Shown here piece by piece: positions 56,291 through 64,000 of a stretch of DNA of 64,000 nt. Source of the stretch: a virus. Made by a program: the position numbers and the translations under genes. The stretch spans positions 1 to 64,000 of the IMG/VR virus record IMGVR_UViG_3300035193_000067; one strand, given 5' to 3'. Below the pieces are notes generated by a model. It saw only the letters and a list, made by a program, of their open reading frames with translations. It searched no databases and was not told where the DNA came from. Position 1 is the first letter of the stretch; each line of letters begins with the position of its first letter.

Positions 56291-57513
56291 TCACCCTCCT
56301 TCACAGCATCTATCCGTTTCACAGTAAGATCACGAACAGGCTTTAGTGTCTTTTTATATTCAAGCATTTCAATTTCGTCCTCTGTAAAGACTCCCCGCTT
56401 CTTCAAATCTCTCCAGAGCTGCTCATCAACAACATACTCTGTCTTCATCAAATGACGCAAGCCTTTATTTTTTAAAGTTGCAATTAATGCGTCAGTTCTA
56501 ACCATAGGCTTGGTACGACCTTCTTCATATGAATAATAGGCTTCAAAGCCTGAGTCTTTAATCAGGCGATCTTTACCACCTTCTGCCAGAGGCAGCCCGT
56601 ACTCTTCCAGGTAATCTTTTATAATATAACCTGTCTGATATTTCACCCAATCCCAATGTTTCTTTGCTGACTCATATCGATCCTGAGCCTCATAATAATG
56701 ATTCAATGCATTATAGAACTTAAGAGACTCTGCATCGGTCCCAATTGATTTTTTAGTATACAGATCCTTATGCTCACCATACTGAAGAATCTTTATCTGT
56801 GACTCCCCAAAAACAGGTATCACCAGCAACTCACTGACAACAAAAACCCCGTCGTCTGTAGACACGTCCAGGTAAATAACATCCTGAGCGTCTGCCCATC
56901 TCCTGGAAACCAGTCCGACAGTAGGGGAATCAATATCTGTATAAGTAAATGAGTTATCGGGAGACTTCACCAACACCCTCCCCAGCAGCCTGAGAACAGT
57001 ACCTGGGTGAACGGCTTTAATGCCACAAACAACAGGATCTATAAAAGTCTCTTTCTTTTCTTTCTCAACCAAATCAGAAATGTACAGCTCTTTCCTTAGT
57101 TCTGACTTGTCTTCTTCAGATAAAACTGGTATTTTCTCCGCAAGCCTCGCAACGGTCTCCAGCTCCTGAGTCTTCAAATAGATATTACGATGTCTATCCT
57201 TCATCGCCTTATCCACCATCTTTTTCAGAACTTTCTCAGTATTGGGAGACTCCGGCTGCACTGAAGCAGCACTGGACTCCACTTCAACAGTAGATGGCAG
57301 ATCTGGGGCAATGAGCTGCTTAAAAGCTTCCTTACGGGCTGCCTCTACCCTTTCCTGCATCGCTTTATCTGGTTTAGCAGACCAATGATGTGCACGTGTT
57401 TTGTGCCTCTGAAGGCCTCCTTCTGTTGAATAAGTGCTGCCGCAGCTCTTGCACGTCAAAAATTCCTTTTCCCATTTTGTCAGTTTTTTGTTTTTATCTT
57501 TAGCTTTTCGCAA
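56287..57513 (-). CDS. C2H2 zinc-finger-containing protein, first gene of the replication operon
   Basis: CKSCGSTYSTEGGLQRHKTRAH; GGAGG RBS + TTG start. Confidence 0.7.
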   Translation of the reverse strand: MRKAKDKNKKLTKWEKEFLTCKSCGSTYSTEGGLQRHKTRAHHWSAKPDKAMQERVEAARKEAFKQLIAPDLPSTVEVESSAASVQPESPNTEKVLKKMVDKAMKDRHRNIYLKTQELETVARLAEKIPVLSEEDKSELRKELYISDLVEKEKKETFIDPVVCGIKAVHPGTVLRLLGRVLVKSPDNSFTYTDIDSPTVGLVSRRWADAQDVIYLDVSTDDGVFVVSELLVIPVFGESQIKILQYGEHKDLYTKKSIGTDAESLKFYNALNHYYEAQDRYESAKKHWDWVKYQTGYIIKDYLEEYGLPLAEGGKDRLIKDSGFEAYYSYEEGRTKPMVRTDALIATLKNKGLRHLMKTEYVVDEQLWRDLKKRGVFTEDEIEMLEYKKTLKPVRDLTVKRIDAVKEGE

Positions 57514-57539
57514 AACGATAGACCTCCTTAAGCTGTTAA

Positions 57540-57567
57540 AGCTTAACCACTACACAAAAAATGTCAA
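57540..57567 (-). promoter_or_regulatory. sigma70-type promoter for the replication block
   Basis: TTGACA-16 nt-TAAGCT in the intergenic gap. Confidence 0.6.
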
Positions 57568-57582
57568 GAGTTTTAAAAAAGA

Positions 57583-60500
57583 TTACCAGGGAGCTACTAA
57601 AACTGCATCAGTATTAGTACCTAGAGAGAATATTGAACTATAATCACTAACCACTGCAACATGTGAGGACCCAATTACTTCTGTCTGATGAGTAATATTA
57701 TTGGAAATCACATATCTGGCCGTACCTGCTGAAGGAAGTGGAAGATCCGCGAAATAGATAACAGTAGGCTCGTTGGCAGAGTTGTATAAAACAGGCAAAG
57801 AACCACCTACATAATTTCCTCCTACAATAGTATTCCCTTGTACCGAAATTGCATGAGTTCTTGCTGAATTGTAGTAGGCACCTACTGTAAAATAAATACC
57901 GGACATGGAATAGTTTCCTGAGTTGGTACCCTGACTGACCATATCTAAATAATTATTATCGACTACATACATTCGTCCTACAGAAGCGGATACAGAATCA
58001 CCAATCTCTGCAATAATATGATATGCTTTGTACGTAGCCGTTGGAAGGTTACCTCCTATACGCTCAACAGTATCTGTAGTAGATGTATGATTACGAGAAA
58101 TATTAAAACCTCCCCGAGAGAATACTCCAATACACCACGCTCCGTTAGGTACATTATTCAAACCAGCAGAAGGGTAATCTGCCCTCGGAATAAGCGCTAC
58201 ATCGTTATCACATACTTCAACAAAACCTGTATTGAAAGACGCAAATATCCCTGAAGTACTGCTCTGTATTTTATTAGAAAGAACCCGCACACCATTACAC
58301 TCATTTAACGTAATACCCCACTGATGAGCTTTTATAGAGTTTCCTCTGATCTCTCCTGTAGCCAAGGCTTCTTCAATTACAATACCGCCCCCACTCAAAG
58401 CATAATAAGATCCTGAGTCCAGGTAATCTATAACATTATCTGCCAAAAGAAATTCCAAAAAGCCAGAAAGCTTTAATGCAACAGGCTTGTATGATGCAGA
58501 AGAAGTATCTACATAGGAAGATTTAACATTTATTGTATTCCCTTGAACAACCGCCTTCCCTGCACTTGAATTACCTGCTAACGAAATGCCATATGACTGA
58601 ACACTGTCTGCTCCAGTGTCATTGAATATAGTGTACCCAATAGAATTACCTTCCACTGTAAACGTTGATTTTGTACCTGACGAAGGGTTGCTTAACAGAT
58701 TCATCATAGTTACATGATAATTTGTAGAAAAGAACCCGGAAAATATATTTTTAGAAATATCTACATTATAAATATTAACTCCATTTATCGCTGCCGAAAT
58801 TCCATATAAAGGAAGTTTTGAAGAAGAGGTATACTCAAAAGAATCAAAAACATTACTGTTTATTGTTATTGACCTAGTATTACATTGGGAACTGCAGTTG
58901 ATGAGTATACCGCCTAAGGACACATCAGATGACTGGAAATCTGACAGGTTGTTCCCTGATATAACCAACCCATCAACGGAAGAACCAACCCCCCCAACTG
59001 CCACTCTTATTCCTGCTATATAAGGGTAGGAAGATAATGAAGAGGAGCTGTACCTGAAATCGCTTGCGGTGTTGTTCGAGATAGAAACACCTGAACAAGT
59101 GATCGCAGCTACGTTTACCATACTACCGTACATCTCTCTAAAATTATTTGAAGAGATAGATACATTATACAGCGCTGCATCGTACTCAAACAATACACCA
59201 GTATGCAACCCTCGGAAAGTGTTTCCTGTAATCGATAAATCCGTAATATCAGAAGTATCATAAGCATAAACGCCTATAGCTGCACGAGTAGTACTGGAAG
59301 AGTACCTGCTTACAACATTCCCGCTGATATTTACTGAGGTTGTTTCCTTCAGTATTATAGCAGGCTCTTCGACAGAACCAGAACTCTCATCTATTTCAAT
59401 AGTATTCCCTGTAATGCTGACATTTGATGATGTGTACAGAGATATTGCACCTCCTACAAAACTACCCTTACCTTCAACAAAAAACGTATTGTTGGAAATA
59501 GTTGAGTTGGAAAAAGGTCCTGCAACCAACCCTGCATATTGAACAGTAAAACCTGTATTAGATGTGTAAAAAGTATTTCCAGAGACAACCCAATAATCCG
59601 CCTTGCTGGGAGAAAAAGTGTTTGGATTTACCAACCCCTGTGCTTCAACGGTATTATTAACAAAACGAACGCTATCTACAGTAGCGACTGAAGCTCCGTT
59701 AAACACAAAAGTATCATAAGTACAAGATATGACACAGTTTTGAATAGAAACCTTTGTATTTATCCCGAAAATGTACTCAACGTTACTCACAGTAGAAGAT
59801 ATTGACAAATCTTTTACAATACTACCGCTAGATAAACGCCACACATAATTAGAAGGAGTCCATGTTCCATAATTAGCAAATGACACTGAAGCGTCTGCGG
59901 AGGTACCGGACACTGTAACGTGAGAAGGTTGGGTGATTTCTTCTTTGACAACAACATCTCCCAGTACCTTAATCTCTACACAAGATCCATCATAAAGGTT
60001 TGCATAAAGAAAGGCAGCCTCCAGAGAAGTAAATGCAGTTTTAAAAGAAGACCCTACACTCCAGATATCCGAAACCTCATTAACATTTCTCACCAGTTCT
60101 ATTGTAGCAGTAACGTCTAATGAGGATGAATCTGTGGTAAATATATGAAGAGGTACACCTCTTTCAGGACTACCCTGCCCTGCATACACAGCTGTAGCAG
60201 TATAATCGGAAGAAACATTAGGCCTAAAAGATCCATCTCCTACGAGATACCTCAAAGCCTCCAATCGAGATCCTGCAAAATCATCTGTTATATTCAAATA
60301 CTGCAAAGATCCTGTACCCGCCTCAACATATGTCATAAACTCTTTATTAGCCAAGAGTGTTAGTACAGTATCTTCTGAAGATAGTCTTTTTCCTCTACAA
60401 TAAGAGCTGCCTCCTTTTACTGAAACAGAAAAACCAGTGGTGTTCACATAGGAAAAACTGTGATACCCTTTAGAGTCCCTCTCCAGAAGTACCCCTGAAG

Positions 60501-62250
60501 CACTTAACTCATCGTTTGCGTGATAAATGTAATCCTGAAGAAAAGAATCACTAATATTATCAGCACAAATATTACCAAATACCCTTCTATCTACAACAGA
60601 TCTGGCCACAGAATACGGAGCATAACCGACAAAAGTTTGTAAAGTAACTGCGTCATACCAGTATGGAATATTTCCCAGCAAAAGATTATCATTCCACGAA
60701 GGAGAGTCATATACCGTAATAGAATCTTGATAGGTTCCTGGTGAGGAAGGGAGATATGCATCAGTTATCCCGGAAGAAGCTGTGCGAACCCATATATCAA
60801 TGTACTGATAACCGTTTGCTGAGTAAAGACGTATTACCTGATCTGCTGATCCTTCTTTTATAAGAACGCTAGGACCACCATCCCACGAAAAAAAGAAGCT
60901 TAACGGGGATGTTCCTGATACAACAACTTTTAGTAAATAAGACCCTGCAGGGTAGTTATCCGAGGAATTAACTATCCAAGTCCCTCTAAGCAGACGCGCT
61001 GGAGGATATTCCATTTTTTTATTAACATCTGCACCACCTTCATCTGTAGCATACACCTCCCACATGGAGCTGACAACACCAGCAGTAGCAGGAGTAAATG
61101 CAAAAGATGAAGCATCTAGATCTGTTAATTTTTTTCCATTAATATAATAAAGATCACCTGTTGCAGGAACGTTTATGCCAAGAGTATCATAAGGTGACGA
61201 AGGGATAACATAAGGTAGAAGTACTGTACTCGTAGAGCCTTTCCATACTCCGTTGCAATGCATTACATCCTGATGCTCATCCAGTAAAAACAAAGACTCT
61301 CCAGATAAATCATTCAGACTGGATCCGTGAGGATTCTTTTCAGAAACGATACCTGTACCACGTAATTTCCTATGAAGCCAATCCTCTGCTGTATTTCTAG
61401 GGACATCTTGTTTATATAAATCTACAATCTCAATTAACTCAACAAAAGGAAAGGTTCCAGTGGTGCTCATTTGAGAGATTGCCATATAAACGGATATGTA
61501 TCTACCTGATGCATCTGTTACTGTTTTTTCCCCATCCACAGTCCAATTCACCCAAGCACCTGCAACATTACCAGGTGATGCCCACCTCAACTGATAACCG
61601 GATAATGTGTACTGATACTCAAGAGTTCCTGTGCCTGTTTCCGTAAGAACATCTACAAATTGAATATTCACACCTGCCATAGAAGGGATATCTACAGGAT
61701 TGGTATACAAAAGATTGTTAAAAGGGATAGGCCCTTCAATATTGGCAGCAGTCAGAGATCCTCCTGTCGCAGTTACTATACCCAACAAAAGCGCTCTGTC
61801 AACAGCATTGTTAGCTAAGTTATTGTCAGAAGGTGAGATCTCTGAAGGATTGTTATACTCTGCTTCTGTCAGCACTACGATCCTGTATGAAGCGTTTATA
61901 TGAGTAGAATAAGTCAACCCGTTAGACTCATGAGGCTTGCTGCCTGTAAGAATTTCCGTATATATCGCAAGAACGTAGTTACGAGTGCCTGCAACGCTGC
62001 TGGAGAGTGGTACATTGTTTGTAGCAGCAGTAGCGCTGACATAATCACCTCTAGGAGTATAACCAGAGAACGCAGCAATATCAACCCTATCCGTATTAAG
62101 AGCATTTACAGTTATAGAACCACCACTAACAACACCACGAGACGCCAGGTCATACCTAGTACGCAGTATCTGAGAACCTTTGGCAGCTTCACTGCGATCA
62201 AGGTCAACCTCGGTCACCAACACGCCATTTTTAAAATTAGTACCTTCCAT
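57583..62250 (-). CDS. Tail fibre/spike with C-terminal right-handed beta-helix
   Basis: 1555 aa, Ser/Asn/Gly-rich, repeated (I/V)S(G/N)N parallel beta-helix turns in the C-terminal half; H...H motifs in the N-terminal part. Confidence 0.8.
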   Translation of the reverse strand: MEGTNFKNGVLVTEVDLDRSEAAKGSQILRTRYDLASRGVVSGGSITVNALNTDRVDIAAFSGYTPRGDYVSATAATNNVPLSSSVAGTRNYVLAIYTEILTGSKPHESNGLTYSTHINASYRIVVLTEAEYNNPSEISPSDNNLANNAVDRALLLGIVTATGGSLTAANIEGPIPFNNLLYTNPVDIPSMAGVNIQFVDVLTETGTGTLEYQYTLSGYQLRWASPGNVAGAWVNWTVDGEKTVTDASGRYISVYMAISQMSTTGTFPFVELIEIVDLYKQDVPRNTAEDWLHRKLRGTGIVSEKNPHGSSLNDLSGESLFLLDEHQDVMHCNGVWKGSTSTVLLPYVIPSSPYDTLGINVPATGDLYYINGKKLTDLDASSFAFTPATAGVVSSMWEVYATDEGGADVNKKMEYPPARLLRGTWIVNSSDNYPAGSYLLKVVVSGTSPLSFFFSWDGGPSVLIKEGSADQVIRLYSANGYQYIDIWVRTASSGITDAYLPSSPGTYQDSITVYDSPSWNDNLLLGNIPYWYDAVTLQTFVGYAPYSVARSVVDRRVFGNICADNISDSFLQDYIYHANDELSASGVLLERDSKGYHSFSYVNTTGFSVSVKGGSSYCRGKRLSSEDTVLTLLANKEFMTYVEAGTGSLQYLNITDDFAGSRLEALRYLVGDGSFRPNVSSDYTATAVYAGQGSPERGVPLHIFTTDSSSLDVTATIELVRNVNEVSDIWSVGSSFKTAFTSLEAAFLYANLYDGSCVEIKVLGDVVVKEEITQPSHVTVSGTSADASVSFANYGTWTPSNYVWRLSSGSIVKDLSISSTVSNVEYIFGINTKVSIQNCVISCTYDTFVFNGASVATVDSVRFVNNTVEAQGLVNPNTFSPSKADYWVVSGNTFYTSNTGFTVQYAGLVAGPFSNSTISNNTFFVEGKGSFVGGAISLYTSSNVSITGNTIEIDESSGSVEEPAIILKETTSVNISGNVVSRYSSSTTRAAIGVYAYDTSDITDLSITGNTFRGLHTGVLFEYDAALYNVSISSNNFREMYGSMVNVAAITCSGVSISNNTASDFRYSSSSLSSYPYIAGIRVAVGGVGSSVDGLVISGNNLSDFQSSDVSLGGILINCSSQCNTRSITINSNVFDSFEYTSSSKLPLYGISAAINGVNIYNVDISKNIFSGFFSTNYHVTMMNLLSNPSSGTKSTFTVEGNSIGYTIFNDTGADSVQSYGISLAGNSSAGKAVVQGNTINVKSSYVDTSSASYKPVALKLSGFLEFLLADNVIDYLDSGSYYALSGGGIVIEEALATGEIRGNSIKAHQWGITLNECNGVRVLSNKIQSSTSGIFASFNTGFVEVCDNDVALIPRADYPSAGLNNVPNGAWCIGVFSRGGFNISRNHTSTTDTVERIGGNLPTATYKAYHIIAEIGDSVSASVGRMYVVDNNYLDMVSQGTNSGNYSMSGIYFTVGAYYNSARTHAISVQGNTIVGGNYVGGSLPVLYNSANEPTVIYFADLPLPSAGTARYVISNNITHQTEVIGSSHVAVVSDYSSIFSLGTNTDAVLVAPW

Positions 62251-62311
62251 TATATCTCCTTAAAGAGCTCACCCGCAAATACGAGGGTATTTTAAATAAA
62301 CAAGTGGTCTT

Positions 62312-62334
62312 ACTATAATCAGCAAACCACGAAA
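62312..62334 (-). promoter_or_regulatory. Putative phage late promoter TTTCG-N12-TATAGT
   Basis: TTTCG TGGTTTGCTGAT TATAGT just after the upstream stop. Confidence 0.5.
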
Positions 62335-62340
62335 AAATAA

Positions 62341-64000
62341 TCAGGAACCTATCCATGTAGTTGTAGAGGTCAACCCCGGAATTGCAGATACACCTCCTGA
62401 CATACTGAGACCTTTAATAGACATTGATCTCATTTTAAAATCCCTAAGATCACGTATACCTGAAATACTCAACCTTAGCTGATGGTATCCATGAGGAGTT
62501 GTCTGATAAATATCTACAATAGAATTCTTACTTACAGTGGACCATGCAGCAGAAACACAATCAACAGCGGTAGCTCCTGACCTGTGCTCAAAAGTAATGT
62601 TTAACCTACTCTGCTCATATACACGAGATTCCTGATGCTGTAAAAAGTACTGGCCGTTAACGAGATAGTTTAAATCAATCTCTACAGTAGTATCATCCAC
62701 AAAACGCCAATAAGACTTCGGGATCTCTCTTTGGATTTCCGCCTGTTGCAGCAGTAAATTACTTCTACTTTTATTTGCCGCAGATCTCTTATCCAGAACA
62801 GCTCTCCCAGTATCCTGATTAAAAAACAACTGAGAAGTGGCATCGAATTCTCCCTGAACACTGTCGTACCTTTCGTATATGCTATAATCAACCCACCATG
62901 CATAATCATGCCAGGAAGCATTTACAATAGGCATATCCAGAACCGTTGAAGTAACCTGATAAATTAGGTGGTAGTCTATAGTGTAAGAAGAAGAAATACT
63001 TAAATGCCCCGCAGTAATAACAGATGCAGGTATACTGACAGTGTTACCTGCGGAAAAACTCCACCAGGTATTTGGAACAGGTATGCCATTTTCGTAAAGA
63101 GTAGCCTCAACCTGATCTGAATTACTGTAATAGGACAGCGTAGCCTCATAGCTCAAACCTACCAGAGAAAAAGTTAGTTGCTCCCCTCTGACTGGACTTT
63201 CAAATTCTGGATAGACAAATGCATACTTGAAAGGATCTCTAGGAGAGATATCACAATTGACCAACCCGCATAGAGAAAAGTCATCTTCTCCAATCACTCC
63301 TATTAAATTCTTGCACAACCCACCAGTGCCATACTCTGAAACATCATGAATAGACAAAGAAGTATAACAAGGGCTTATCTCTCTTGTCTGCCCTCTGTAT
63401 GTGGTTTCATCTGAGATAACAAGAACTCTGCTCCTACTATCTGTAGGTAGAATATTGTATGTGCAGTTTACCTGTAGGTAACTACCATCCGGAGCAGTAA
63501 GTGTATATACACCATCAGCAGTAACAGTAACATAACCAACACCAGACCCCCAAACAGTACCGTAAGGAGTCCAACGCAATTTTTTAATAGTGGACAAAGA
63601 AGTGTATTCATACTCCATGGTACCATTACCTGCAGGGGTATCTAAAGACACATGAGTTATTGAGACTCCTGCATAAGGAGTTGTTTTATTGACTATCTTG
63701 TGAGGAAGCCCTAAGTATTTTTTCTCATTAAGTGACAATGGATCTTTTGACCAGACAAAAGTTAAATCTTCCATATACTGACTATGAAGGCTTCGGGGAA
63801 CTGTAGCATTTCCCAAAAAACCTGAAGATATATATTTTACCTGGGCATTGACACAATCAGTTATTACATCTATATTGCCAGTAAGCTTCTCAAACAGAAC
63901 AGATACCAGAACATCACCTGTACAAGGCTGTATCGGAGTGACAAACTCAATATAAGTAAAATCTGCTGCAAACAACCCGCCAGTGTCCGTATTGACAACT
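62341..64000 (-). CDS. Virion structural (baseplate/tail) protein, 5'-truncated by the window edge
   Basis: Frame stays open beyond 63975 to the edge; beta-rich; shares an AGV.I..V...T..G.GT.EY.Y...LRW domain with 57583..62250. Confidence 0.7.
   Translation of the reverse strand, partial: VVNTDTGGLFAADFTYIEFVTPIQPCTGDVLVSVLFEKLTGNIDVITDCVNAQVKYISSGFLGNATVPRSLHSQYMEDLTFVWSKDPLSLNEKKYLGLPHKIVNKTTPYAGVSITHVSLDTPAGNGTMEYEYTSLSTIKKLRWTPYGTVWGSGVGYVTVTADGVYTLTAPDGSYLQVNCTYNILPTDSRSRVLVISDETTYRGQTREISPCYTSLSIHDVSEYGTGGLCKNLIGVIGEDDFSLCGLVNCDISPRDPFKYAFVYPEFESPVRGEQLTFSLVGLSYEATLSYYSNSDQVEATLYENGIPVPNTWWSFSAGNTVSIPASVITAGHLSISSSYTIDYHLIYQVTSTVLDMPIVNASWHDYAWWVDYSIYERYDSVQGEFDATSQLFFNQDTGRAVLDKRSAANKSRSNLLLQQAEIQREIPKSYWRFVDDTTVEIDLNYLVNGQYFLQHQESRVYEQSRLNITFEHRSGATAVDCVSAAWSTVSKNSIVDIYQTTPHGYHQLRLSISGIRDLRDFKMRSMSIKGLSMSGGVSAIPGLTSTTTWIGS

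Noticed and set aside
1098-62295. Plus-strand ORFs in the track (e.g. 33808..34563, 22234..22773, 18478..18915)
   Set aside because: All are antisense shadows of well-supported minus-strand genes, with no recognisable motifs.
1-64000. Stop-codon reassignment, tRNAs, diversity-generating retroelement, integrase
   Set aside because: Known genes are full length in the standard code with TAA, TAG and TGA all used as stops. Intergenic gaps show no cloverleaf by eye. No reverse transcriptase or recombinase motifs were seen, and repeat mismatches are not adenine-specific.

Overview
This is a 64-kb segment of a large tailed dsDNA phage genome. Every credible gene lies on the minus strand, standard genetic code, with strong AGGAGG-type RBSs and frequent stop/start overlaps. 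No integrase, tRNA or CRISPR was seen. In transcription order (right to left): (i) two large tail/baseplate proteins; (ii) a bacteria-like replication/recombination block from a sigma70 promoter at 57.55 kb (5'-3' exonuclease fused to a UDG-like domain, ThyX, SNF2 helicase, DnaC-like loader, DnaB-like helicase, primase, phage sigma factor, beta-clamp, PNK, family A polymerase, amidase, DnaX, UvsY-like, gp32-like SSB, RecA, SbcCD, RusA, and a trigger-factor homolog); (iii) acidic, modular, probably virion-internal proteins (9.2-24.5 kb), interrupted by a Grx-NrdD-NrdG-dUTPase cassette; (iv) an early accessory region of small, often tandemly duplicated genes. The best candidate for an undescribed system is block (iii). 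These proteins look like polyproteins in which shared acidic modules (ankyrin-like, YQGWxNY, ArdA-like) are joined by basic (K/R)-x-A-Q linkers, suggesting protease-released, co-injected cargo. They sit behind a phage-specific promoter motif TTTCG-N13-TAnnnT. Other highlights are an RBS-sequestering hairpin with a promoter-like element in its loop ahead of a Zn/HTH regulator, an array of HigA-antitoxin-like mini-genes, a phage trigger factor, and strong GATC over-representation. All family assignments were made by eye from motifs; no searches were run.
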